A DNA stretch of 63,926 nucleotides, counting the filler, from Choristocarpus tenellus KU-1152 (taxonomy: Eukaryota > Protista > Phaeophyceae): NCBI GenBank assembly GCA_964200185.2. It is 9 parts of 9 records of this genome, joined end to end, with 100 filler letters (N's around TTAATTAATTAA, not from the genome) between each part and the next. Parts side by side here need not be neighbours in the genome. Positions count along the whole stretch, not along the records: positions 38,269 to 41,380 come from CAXNAD020022249.1; positions 41,481 to 47,693 come from CAXNAD020008672.1; positions 47,794 to 54,193 come from CAXNAD020008215.1; 6 more parts are not named here. The stretch is one strand, 5' to 3'. A program made the translations under genes and the position numbers. The stretch's first letter is position 1, and each line of letters starts with the position of its first letter. This document shows positions 38,676 to 50,700 of this stretch, in pieces. The notes under the pieces were generated by a model. The model made no database searches. It was not told where the DNA came from and was given only the letters and a program-made list of their open reading frames with translations.

Positions 38676-41271
38676 CTACATTTCCCTAGCACCGTGATGG
38701 GGTTGAAAGTGTGCAGCGGTTAACCTAACCCGCGTGTTTGGCTCCAGCGTTTGCGTGGTAGGGTGTAGTCTCTTCCGTGCCGCCGTACTGCTCCGTCCTG
38801 TATCTGCTTCAAGGACTGGTCCTTCCACGGCCGTCGACAAGGGCACCTCCATACATGCACCTGCACCGGCAGACGCCCCCCTCCCCTCCCCCGTACCGAG
38901 GTCCCCCTTCTCTTCATCGTCCTCGTCGTCCTCGTCCTCCTTCTGCTGCTCCTCGTCCTCCTCCTTGTCATTGTCGGTGTTGTCCTCCTTTTCGTCTCCA
39001 TTCTCCCCCCCCCTCTCCTCTCCTCGTCCCTTGAATTTTGTCTTCCGCCCTTCTCCCACAAAACCCTCCCTTTCCCTCGCCTCGATAGCAGATTGTAGAA
39101 CTGTCAACACCTCGGTAGGAATCTTTTTGCCGTTCCCAACAAGTTTGTCGCATGTCGAAACAGTACTCGCCACAGGTTCCCAGCTTACGTCTTTAACCCG
39201 CTTCGGTTTCCCAGTTAATCCAGATCTATCACCAGCGTGTATGTAGCCTTCAGCGAAAGTACTTTTCCCTTACTTTTCAAAGGTCAGAAACGCGGCGTTG
39301 TCACGTGTGTGGTCACTGGTCGGCCGAAGCCAGTGAAGATCCACCCCACGCTCCCCGTCATTGCCAACACGCTCTGCTAGGATCTTGCCGACCAAGAGCA
39401 GTGCCTCCGTTGCCACAAAAAGGAAAACCTGCCCTCCTGCACGGTGATGAGGTTTCGATCGTTCGCTGATCTCAAGGTAGCACGAGGCCAACCCCGTCGA
39501 CAGAAGCCAGCTTCTTCCATGTCACTGTCCAATGAGGAAGAGTCTGTTTCCTTGAGCCCGCCGGGATCATTGTCACCGCTGACAAGATTACCTCCTCCAC
39601 CCGAACGTTCGCCCTCGTCGGTGTCTTCGATGTCGCTGGTACCAGTTCCAACACCATCGTCATCGGTGGGAAGTCAATAGACTGGGAGGTCGAACTCTCG
39701 TTCCCCTGTCTTTTTGAGAAGCCGCACAGGCTCACTTTGCTCGTGTTTCGCTCTCTGAACGGCTTCATCGTCTGTGAAGGTGGATGGCATGAGCACGAGA
39801 ACATCAACGGTATGGAAACATGAATATGACTTTGTAACCAGCCGTAAGTTTACACGAAGGCGCTCGGGGAGCATGTAGTGAGAGGGAGGGTGTAGATTTC
39901 GTCGGATTCGTCGCTGTTGAGTACAAGACCGGTACCCTCAAAACAATTATCGCCGGTAATCTATAGTACTTGTTTATCGTGACACGCGACGATCACTATG
40001 TATGAGAATGGAATATTTTTCAAGGTTGTTTTTGTAATGGCTGTAAAAGCTGCCTCCTACAGAAGTTGCACCAGATTTTTTTGGCTGCCACCGAATACAA
40101 AAATTGGCCATGAACTCCCCTCACGAAATGTTCGACTTACCCAGTGGGTACGCAGCAGCGAGGCGCTCGAGCGACATCACCGCCTTTTTCAACGCGAAAA
40201 GCCCTGTAGCTTGTGATGTTGGGAACACGGTTGACACGACCGCGAAGGAGTCCCTTGTAGTTGCCCTCGTTCCGTAGGGTCTTGCAGTAGACTGGAACCT
40301 CCATGTAAGAGGCCTGCAGCTCTTCACCCAGCTGTATTCTTGTGAAGATTTTCTTCCCTTTCATACCACGTGAGAACCTGAAGGTGAAATGCAAGCAAGA
40401 TAATTTTGAGGCGGGCGCGAAAGAAATGCGGTCGAGACGCAGGTGCGCTTGGGAACTTTCAACCCCATAGAAGACGCAATGTTAGAAGAATAGGCGGCGA
40501 TCCACGTGTGGAAGGAGAAAGGAATGGTTGGGTTGTCTCCAGGGGGGGTATGTGGTCCAATCGGGCACAGCAGGCGGCGGAAGAAGGTGCAGGAGGTTTC
40601 ATGACAATGTGGATTTTTGTGGACAGGTGATGTTAGGAGTAGCTACGGGGAGGACGAAGAGCTTAGCCAAAAGCCTTCATGGTCGTTTCCTGAGAAGGAT
40701 TAACGAAGACAGAGAGCCGTTGCCCTTGCGCTTTTGTCCAGCGTAGATGGGTATTACTTTTTGTAATACATGCCAACATAGGATGTGTTGGATTTGGTAT
40801 AAAATAACATAGAAGTGGAGAAGCAAGATATATATGCAGGCACATGCTCTGATGCATGTATATGGAAGTATAAATATAAAAAGGGGTGATGTGTGCATTT
40901 TTTTTGTTTTATTTCGAGGCTAGGTTACAATACAGTTTTGCCAGCTGCTCTTCTCGTGCTATTTTGTTGTGGGGAAATCAAAAGTCAATCAATTAATTGC
41001 AGTGTATGACCATAAACCTTCCAGAGTGGCAACAAGCGTGAACTGCAAGCCTCAAGGCAGTATCTGTCCATGTAAAAACACCATGTGGCTATGGCATTCA
41101 TGGTGCGAGCCTAATGCCTAATTACCTGGAGAACATCTGATCGATCTTGATGTGCGTGTGCCCCACCATCATGAAATGTATCTCAACCACACGTATGACA
41201 CTTGCCGCCACCAGCAGCTCCGCATATCCGAGAAAGAAATTGTTCTTATTCTCTGAGACGCAGTTGTCGAC
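38676..41271 (-). pseudogene. Intron-containing Sola-like (DDD/E) transposase, decayed, 5' truncated
   Basis: Exon 41271-41126 (cccag|...|gtaatt) and exon 40377-40141 (ttcag|...|gtaagt) splice in phase: VDNCVSENKNNFFLGYAELLV...IHFMMVGHTHIKIDQMFSRFSRGMKGKKIFT...ITSYRAFRV; downstream part (~39770-38676) has stops, a frameshift and an acidic tail. Confidence 0.75.
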
Positions 41272-41352
41272 CTGGGTAGTTTGGGGAGTGGGGAGCGAGG
41301 GAGGGATAGGCATGAGGCCGATATGTCAGCCCGTTTCACCGCGTTTCGTGGA

Positions 41353-41380
41353 GAGCCAAAGTATCTTAGAGGGTAGAGCT
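41353..41380 (+). mobile_element. MITE family A terminus at contig end, in the transposase intron
   Basis: GAGCCAAAGTATCTTAGAGGGTAGAG. Confidence 0.88.
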
Positions 41381-41834
41381 NNNNNNNNNNNNNNNNNNNN
41401 NNNNNNNNNNNNNNNNNNNNNNNNTTAATTAATTAANNNNNNNNNNNNNNNNNNNNNNNNNNNNNNNNNNNNNNNNNNNNCCAAGATACTTTGACCCCAT
41501 ACTGTATTTTGAGCCCCTTCCCCCCACAGATGTAATGTCCAACAAATGTGACCCCATGCCGTTTTGCCATAATATTCATCCTCCTCTAGATGTACCTCTT
41601 CTTGTAAGATCTCTAGTATGATGTGTACATCGTCGTTATAGCTTATTCTTCTCAAATAGATCAGCCCTCCCACGAAAAAACATGTATATCTCCCAGGTCT
41701 GATGGCTACAAAATGCTGTCCCTGAAAGCGTTATATTTACCTCAGATTGTTTTATGTGAGATACTCCGTTACTATTCTCGTGGGAAATGCAGAGCTCATA
41801 AATCTCAGAGATATCCTGGTGCCGTCTGTGCTCA

Positions 41835-42093
41835 GAGTAAACGTATCTGAGAGGGTATGAATTTTTCTCTGTTTGTCCATTCGGGGCTTGGCTTCCCATG
41901 GGTTTCTTATTACATTTTCCTACTCCAAAACCATTTTGGAGTAGGTAAAATGCATACGTTATGAAAAGTTGTGTCCAGAAGAAGGATATTGACACTTCCT
42001 AACAAATACAATAGTCAAAATTACATCAAAATCGCAAAGTTGAATATTGGCTCCCAAATGGACGCGACTCTACCCTCTAAGATACATTGGCTC
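41835..42093 (-). mobile_element. MITE family A
   Basis: TIRs present; CTCA TSD; ends 36 nt upstream of the exon starting at 42130. Confidence 0.94.
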
Positions 42094-42129
42094 CTCACCT
42101 CCACCTTTTTGTTTTATCTGGATTTCCAG

Positions 42130-45002
42130 ACTGCGCTGTTTGTGACAATGGTTTTGCTCCTGGTCTGTCATACTCCTGTAGTGAGTGTGACGAAAACAGG
42201 AGATCATTGGCACTGGGGATTAGTCTTTTTACCTTGGCTCTTATTGTTACAGTTGCAGCTGTGAGCATGATATCTCTCGTCAATGCATCTGGGAGGCGGA
42301 GAAATGTTTCTGGTGGGGTGTCTGATTGCATGAAACGGATGACTTCTTTTCAAGGTCTAAAAATTGTGGTGGTTGCATGGCAAATTATTTCTCAGGTAAG
42401 TTAGGTATTTGTACTGGTTCTTTTTTGCTGTACATGAATATATATGTATAAAACGATTGCAGAATATGACATGTTTTTCTGGTCACTTCATTTGTTGTAA
42501 TGAAACTCAATATGATATTTTCCATTCCCAACCTTTATCAATAAACATCCTGCAGTTCTGAGATAAGCTATTGCATTATGGCAATATGGTGTTTCGAGGT
42601 GCTTGATTGACCTCATTTTCCTTAAACAATGCTGGAAAGACAGGACCATGACTTTCATATGACTCTTTTGATGCAATTTCTTTCTCACTCCTCAATGTGA
42701 GCTCATTTTAACAATGTAAGCTTGGTGGGATATTTTTTACCTGAACCGAGTGTCACTACAGTTACCTGCATCCATGGTGTAGCATAGCTATGATGAGGTT
42801 AAAAAGTTTATTTGCTTTTTCAGCGTTAGGAATGTTGGTCAAATATACATTAGATGATGATAGGCGTTGATAGAGCGTTTTGAATGACAAGGAACAAAAT
42901 TAATGTTATCATGACTCAGTGTGCACTGTATCCATACTCTTTTACATTTTGTGAGGTATCACAGATGTGACTTATGCTATTATATGGTGTTATCTGATAA
43001 TCTAGAAGTTGCACATGTGTTGCAGGTAGGAGTCCATCAATAGTACTAGTTTGTACACTTCTCCTATGCGTGGTGACTGAGGTACATCAAAGACGGTACA
43101 ACGTCCTCAAAATGAATGCTAGAGAAGGATGAAAGACACAACCCTAATAGGAAAGAGATGTATAGAGATTTTGGTATATCATTGTCGCTGTGCAGAAAAA
43201 TGTGCTGTAGGAAGAGAGGAAGACATACCAGATTTTAATTTTTTTGGTGAGTCTTGGACTTGCCCTTAGTACCACAACACATACAAGAGATAAGGTACTG
43301 GGTTTGTGCCTGTTTTTTTTGGCTATTACACCTGCTGTTGGTTGTGGTTTGTGGACAGAATGCGAGGCACAACCCCACACTTCAATAATCGTCCTTGGTC
43401 GGGAGGTGGGGAGGAGGGTCCATTGATGAGTAGAGTCAGGATTAACCAAGACTTACGAATGACAGCAATTGCGCATTGATCGCTGTGTTGACATTTTGTG
43501 CCTCAATTCATTTCTTTTCTCACCGCAAGGCCAGAGGTCGGATAGTGGTGATCATAGTTGTGCCTATGAAACACTTTCAAGACCTGCAATATGCAGAGAG
43601 GTCCCATGTTCTTCAGGTGCCACGCTTGGGAACAAGAACATGAACAAAGTAATCAAAGTATTGACCCTAGATTGGGGTGATGGAGGTTGTGTTCATAATT
43701 CTGGAAATATCCCTTGCTGGCTGTTAGCAGTGATTGTGTTTTCCGGAGTTTATCTATTGAGCACTCTCATATTTATAAGTGTGATCTGAAGTATCCCCCC
43801 GAATCTAGTCCACCTTGCGGGATCCATCTAATACATGGGGTTGGTAGTGAATTTCATTATTGTTCTTGCACATCTGTGTTCTTAAACTTTGGGTTTCACA
43901 TGCCAGTTGCATCAACTCCCAACCATTACCCCTGTCTTCTCAACCGCTATTTTTTGTACCTCAGTTTTCCGAGGTTGCCAAAGCTTCATACCCAGATCAC
44001 TATGAGAGATTTCTCAACCTCATCAATTTTGTCAACTTTGATGTTGCATGGTGGTTGCGAATATCCTCTGCTGGATGTATTGTCAGCATGGACTTCTACC
44101 ATCACCTGCTGTTATCAACACTTGGACCGCTTGCGATTCTATTGATGCTGGGGATAACCTACAGGGTTGCAATGATTAGAAACCGAGGTGGCTCAGAAGC
44201 AACTTTGATAAGAATAAGGCGGAGACACATCTCCTTAGGATATCCAGTAACTTTCCTCGTGTTCTCATTTTCTTCGTCCAAGGTGTTTCAAACATTTGCC
44301 TGCGAGACACTTGAAGATGACAAGACATACCTACGAGCTGACTACAGCCTGGAGTGTACATCTGCCAGGCACCAAGCCTTCCAGGTATACGCCACAGTTA
44401 TGATCTTCGTCTACCCTTTGGGTATTCCGATGTTGTACGGCTATATCTTCTTTGCCAACCGAGAAGCCTTCATGAGCAATGAAGCAACAGAGAGAAATCC
44501 AGAGCTGCAGCCCTTTGTGGATTTATGGCAACAATACAAGTCAGACCGATTCTACTTTGAGTTGGTGGATCTCGGTCGCAGAGTGGCACTTACTGGGATA
44601 GTTGTATTTATCTATCCTGGCACTGCTGCACAAATATCTATAACGTTCATGCTTGCATTGTGGTTCATGTGGCTCACTGAAATACTCAACCCCTATAGGA
44701 AACATAGAGATACGTGGCTGTCAAGGGCAGGAAACTTTGTGATTTTGACAAGTATGATTGTCGCTCTAGTTCTCAAAGTGGACGTAGCAGATGAAAGCCA
44801 TGCTAGTCAGCAGATGTTCTCTTATATTATCATTTTGGCTCACATTTGCATGGCTGCCACAGTGGTGCTGAATTCACTACTGACCGTTTTCTCTTCTCTC
44901 GAGTTTTTAAGTGCGCCACAAGAGTCTACACATCCGCGTAGAAATCTGGACGCTGCTTCTGGTACCAATGGTGTAGGTGGTACATATCTTGTGTCTCTAT
45001 AG
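42130..45002 (+). CDS. Brown-algal adhesin-like/'polymorphic membrane protein'-like receptor: Cys-rich segment plus multi-pass TM C-terminus (last two exons)
   Basis: Exons 42130-42395 (CAVCDNGFAPGLSYSCSEC...LKIVVVAWQIISQ|gtaag) and 43965-45002 (FSEVAKASYPDHYERFL...FQTFACETL...YLRADYSLEC...YPLGIP...FYFELVDLGRRVALTG); this architecture is typical of the large Ectocarpus family. Confidence 0.85.
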
Positions 45003-45953
45003 GTTGACATACGTTGTGAAAGTGGATCGTATGCTTGCAGCTGAGGAACAGGGCATCACGAGCCATTTTACCTCATGCCTTCCTCCTGGAACAGCCTTTC
45101 AAGGTATCCCACCACGTTGGGTCGGGGGAATGGAATTTACTTCGAATTTTCATATTCCTTTTATGGTTATATCTGTTGAAGTTTGAATTCGACGAGAGGT
45201 ACTTACACCAATTCAGAGTTGTCGAGAATAGATATCCAAGCCACCGAAGTTCAAGAGCAAAGTAAAGGGGGGGGGGGGGAAGAATTGCAAATGGTGAATA
45301 TATAATTTGAGACTCTTCTTTGGGACCAGGGTAACGTATCTGAGCAATAATAGGATCAATTCGTGTTGGAATGTAATTAGCAAGCACGTACCTAATTTCT
45401 TTTCCATTTTTGCAGTCTCTCTCTTGCCTTTTTTGTGCTGCTGTAGCACATTTTTGTTTAATTACCTGTTTTTCCTAGTCTTTCTACAGTGAACTATTAC
45501 TGCTTCAGCAAAGAGAGTCCTTCAAGTCTTCTTGTGTTTATGGTCTGTGAAGATACGACTGTTGAAATGTGTAAACAGAGGCTCAGGTAGAGATTTTCCG
45601 AGAATAGATCTCAGGTGAAGGTGATGCGAGTAGAGGCTTAGGTGAAAAAGTGGTTTCTGAAGAAAATGTAGGTAAAGGTGAGGTTGGCTGAGTGCAAATG
45701 AAGATGAAATCATTGCTGATTTCACGTCAGGTGAGGTGCTCTGAGGAGAGATTTGTATTTGTCTGACTGAAAGTATGGTTGTAGTTGTAGTGAAACAATC
45801 AGGGCAGCGAACTACAATAAGGAAAAGAAGAGCAAGAAATACGCGTACTCTGTATCTGTGCAATTTACCTTGGGAGGTAATGCTATTTATCAGTAGTGAA
45901 GACAAGAAGGTGTGAAGCCTCACACGGTTCCCCATTGCTGAACTTGATTACAT

Positions 45954-46170
45954 GGTTGAAATTAGAAGAGTGACCTTTGTGGGGTGTCTTCTCATTGCTT
46001 GTTTAATAGTATTTGTGCCTCATACATAAGTCCATGGCTATGTCAAAGTAGTTGAATGCAGAATAAAAACCCATACATATTCCCATTCATAATCTGGATG
46101 TAATATCTCATTAGTTTCATCTCTCATACACAAAATAAGGTACACGTCTCTATTGTCCTATTTTGCACAC
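45954..46170 (-). mobile_element. Solo/partial LTR of the Copia family at 56779
   Basis: ggttgaaattagaagagtgacctt...acacaaaataaggtacac...ctattgtcctattttgcaca is the reverse complement of 56779-56995. Confidence 0.85.
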
Positions 46171-46639
46171 TCCTCCATGAGAGTGTAGGCAATGAAGGGT
46201 TGCTGGAACTCTCAAACCTAAAACATCTTATTCTGCACAGTATCTGTACATGTCGTGGATTGAGTTTCTGCATAGTCACGCTTTGATTGAGCAGTACCGA
46301 GATGCAAGATAGTTGGAACCAGGTTAGTATCCAAAACTGTTTTTATTGATCAACTAAAAACAACTATAATAGCCTATCTTTCAATACTTACCTGGATATG
46401 ATCTGTTGCACATATGAGTGCGGAAGTTGTTAGTATGGACCTTTATACCAACGTAGATTGTTGGGACTTCATGCATAGGCTTATTTAAATGGTGATATTC
46501 TCATGTGTTGTTACAGACGATCAGAGTCTACTATCAATAAAGTGGTACCAGTAGCTTCGCCCTCTGTGGCAATCTTGTTTTTCTCACACTATAGCCACAA
46601 GAGTTATACAACATTGTATATATCAAATGAAAGGTTATG

Positions 46640-47650
46640 ATAAGCGCTTTTGAAGGTTTATACCACGTCGAGCACTGCTCTGCAGTCTCTGCCGCCTCGG
46701 GAAAGCACGAAGAGCGCAGCGAGTCCATCACCAGGTGGTACAGTGACGAAGTCTGTGTGGAAGCCTGGTCACGGCGGGCGAAGGGAGAATTGGGGTGGCC
46801 ACCCGAAGGGAAGGTTGGGGAAGAGAGCAGTACGACTGTGTGCCATTGCACTTAGAGTCGAAGTATCTTAGAGGGTAGAGAAGCGTCCATTTGGAGGCCA
46901 AAATTCAATGTTGCGATGTGGATGTAATTTTGCTATCATGTTTATTAGGAGATGTCAATATCCTTGTTCCGAACACACCTTTTCATAACTTACACATTAT
47001 TACATACTCCGAAACATTTTGAAGTATGTAAATGCCATTAAAAACCTGTGGGAGGCCAAGCCCCAAATGGACAAACAGGGCAAATCTCGTACCCTCAAAG
47101 ATACTTTCACTCCTTAAGGAAATGCCTAAGTGAAACCACGGGGCAGAATATCTTAGTAGTCGACAGTTGCAGCAGGCCCTGGCTGTTTGGAAGCCATGCG
47201 AGCCGGAGTGGCTTAAGGAAACGAGAAAGAAGGTGTTAGGATTGGACTACAAGGGCTCTGAAGCCCAAACGCAGGTCGAAAGGTCTCGCAAGGTGGAGGA
47301 GAAAGCGATTGTAACAAAGGCAGCTGTGGATACTTTTCGATACCACCAAATCCTTTACTTAGAAGAGGTCGTGAAGCAGGTGGAGGTAGCCACCGACGAG
47401 GGCGCCAGGGAAGAAGAGATGAGATTGAGACTATTTGCACACCAATGGTGCGGTGTCTGCCACTTCTTGTAAGATGCTGTACATTCACTTTTGTTCCTGG
47501 ACTTAGGGTTAGACGAATAAAGTTGAATAAGACTTTCTCCCCGCTTGCATTCATTCGAGAAATCAACACAATTTTCGATCTACTTCAGCTTGTCCTCCCT
47601 CGCCTTTGCGCCTTGATGATAAAATATCACCCGCCCAGGAAACACGGACG
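46640..47650 (+). pseudogene. Second copy of the unclassified repeat ORF, interrupted by MITE A and MITE B
   Basis: HGGRRENWGGHPKGRLGKRAVRL...ALAVWKPCEPEWLKETRKKVLGLDYKG...RLRLFA, homologous to 20640-21380 (-). Confidence 0.75.
46855..47112 (+). mobile_element. MITE family A
   Basis: CTTA TSD; empty site in the paralog at ~21190. Confidence 0.95.
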
Positions 47651-47693
47651 GGCTCAAAGTATCTGGGAGGGGGTAGCGGCGGTCCATTTGGGG
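47651..47693. mobile_element. MITE family B terminus at contig end
   Basis: GGCTCAAAGTATCTGGG...GTCCATTTGGGG. Confidence 0.85.
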
Positions 47694-47793
47694 NNNNNNN
47701 NNNNNNNNNNNNNNNNNNNNNNNNNNNNNNNNNNNNNTTAATTAATTAANNNNNNNNNNNNNNNNNNNNNNNNNNNNNNNNNNNNNNNNNNNN

Positions 47794-50700
47794 CTGCTGG
47801 CCCCTCCCATGTTTCTCCCCATGGCCTTCCCAGCCTCCACTTCTCCATCTCCATTGCTACTGTGATCCGTGTAGCCCCCCCCCCCGCCCAGCCTACTCGA
47901 TTTCTTGTCCCCTCCTTCTGTCTCCTGGAAGGCGTTGTCCGTGTCGAGGCGACGGTGGTGATGATGATGATGGTGATCACGGTGATGGTTGTTGTGATGA
48001 CGGCAACGGTCATCGTAAACACTATTTTTATTTTTCCCGGACGGGTCATCGTCCTCTTTGCTGTTGCCAAGGCAAGTGTCAACCGCCACACCGGCAACGC
48101 CTGCCATCTCTTGTTGAGCGAGGTGGTGGCTGAATTCGTCGTGTAAGCGGAGAAGTTCTATCATGGCCTCCTGCGTCGAGGAAGGAAAAATATGAGTTTG
48201 CGCGCGCGCGCGCGAGCGTGTGTGTGTGTGTGTCTGTGTGTTTGTGTCTGTGTGTTTTTCTTTTTTCTTTTTTCTTTTTTCTTTTTTCAACCTTGCAGGA
48301 AGACACAGATTTCATGGGTCAGAAATGACAAAAATCTGTAGGAAAGTTGGGCTTTCATATCCTGTAGGTCACCAGAATGCCCCAGCTCCCTCTTGTCCAC
48401 ATGTACTTCACAGGAGGAGCAAACTGTTATTACAACACCCCCAAGATGAGAGAGCATCGTTTTCACGCCGAGATGGAGTGCTATATGCGCTACCTTCAAG
48501 AGTCCATGGGAAGGCCCACCTCCGAAGCTGCTTGAGCTCCCAACAGGTTGAACATTGCAGCCAACCTCCAACCGAGATTCCAGCACTTTGCCCATTCTCT
48601 GGGTGGCACAGGGTCAGAGGGCAAAGAGACAGTAGACAGAGACAAGGCTAGTTAAAACTGAGAGATGATTGTATTGCCTGGGAGCACGTAGTGTGTGGAT
48701 TACCATGAGTTAGATCGTTGTATCTTCTGGGAAAATATGTCGTTATGCAGCAGCAGTAGTAGGAATGATGCAGCAGGGCTGTTCATCTCAGTGGGAAATT
48801 GTAACAGGACAAGTCTGGGGAATAGTCCAGGTTTAGAATTGTTTAATAGGACCGTTCCAGGACCATAAAGAGTACAACCGGGCCAGACCATGGACCCGCC
48901 CTGGTTGAATATGTTTCAAGAGGTTCAGACGACAGTCATCGAGATTGTAAACCAGACCGGACTGTGGGCTGGCCCAGACGAAGTGTGTCTTAACAGGACC
49001 AGACCGGGGCCATCAAGATTGTAAAGAGACTGAGTTGAGGCCGCCCGTCACCTCCTCAGCACTCATTGGAAAGAAAGTGTTTGTTTTATTGCTTAGATTG
49101 TACTCCAAAGTGCTTCAACTAGATCTTATTTTCCACCACCTGCGGCAGGGCTTTTCCGTTTTCAAGTATCTAAATTTTCAGCAAACTTGGAGTAGTTTGA
49201 CATGACTACATGTATATATATAAACATGTTATGATTTAACAGGATCTATCCAGGGTCATCAAGAGTATAACTAGGCCGGGCCACAGAAACAACCACGTAA
49301 CATATGGCATTACAGGGCCAGCCCAGGTGAAGTAAGTCTAAACAAGGACAGACCAGGGATATCAAGGCTGCAACTAGACCGGCCAGTGGTCTGGTATGCG
49401 GGCCCGGCCCGGCCAGTTTGTCCAGTTAACTGCTGGTCCAGTGCAAAGCCCTGTCATATATCTAGTATTGAGAACAATAAATACCAAGGAATAAATATTC
49501 AGATAAAATTTCAATAGAATTTTCTCGAGAATATTCTATTTTGAAGGCAGGAGAAGAAGACGAAGCAGAACTGAATCGTAATACTGTAGTGTTGTGAATT
49601 GAAGGTATTCATGAGTAGAAGTAAAAAATCGACTTATATTTGAAATGCACTAATCGACTTTTTTATATATCCAGATAAAAAAGATGCACTCGATTTATAT
49701 TTGAAATGCACACACACACACACAGCAAATGGATGAACTCCCCGCACAACATGTACAAGGTTGAGTTCATGCCAAAAAAAATAAACTGATGAACCCCCCC
49801 CCCCCCCCCCCCCCCCCCCCTTCTTTCCTCTTGTCGCCTTTTTTTTTTATTTTATTTTTTTCCGCCACCAACTCACTACCCCCCACGAACCANNNNNNNN
49901 NNGGAGAAACCCCCCCCAAAAAAGGAAAAAGGTTGTTTTCATGCCAAAAAAAAAAAACTGGGCAACCCCCCCCCCCCCCCCCACCCAACCACTTTTGGTT
50001 TCGGGTAGTCATGATTTGTTCAAATTGTAACTGTTCAACCAGTACAATTCACTGCACTGTAATACTTGGAGTCGTGCTGCAGCAAAGTACTGACAAGTAG
50101 TGTGTGTATACCGGTAAAATGTTGGTTGTGGGGTATCTACTTGGCAAGGGCATGTGACATGCCAAAAACAACAAGCAGGCCCAGGGGTAGGAAGCAGTGA
50201 GCAACGTGGGGTGTAGGTCAACAGGGTACTGACAGGTGGTCTTCTAAATAAGGGGGAGAAGGGGGTGTTTCAAACAAAATAGTACCTTAATCAGTGAAGC
50301 TTTGCTTCACTTGCCCGTCCCTACCTGTTCTGTCCCACCTCTGCAATAGTGTAGATGCAATGACCCCCTTTCAGTATTTCAAATTTGGGGGTCATTTGAG
50401 AACTGCTTTAGATTGTTTTTCACAACATGCCGGATAGAGTGTAGATAATCAGCAGAGAGCATCAGAGTAGTAGCTAGGAGTCATGAAGGTGGTTAGCTCC
50501 AGGCATTTTTGCCCAGATTTGTCTACTCATCATGCACCCTACACTTGCATCACTAATATTTGAATCACTAATATTTGAAGGCACGATGAAAAAGAGACCA
50601 ATGGTGTCACAACACCAGCAATTGATACTAGTAGTATTGGTATGCACTCTTTTTCAACATTCAAGACCTATATAGCCCTTAAACCTTTAAACACTAAACA

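Noticed and set aside
38269-45002. Functional linkage between the transposase and the neighbouring receptor-like gene
   Set aside because: They lie on different contigs separated by an artificial linker
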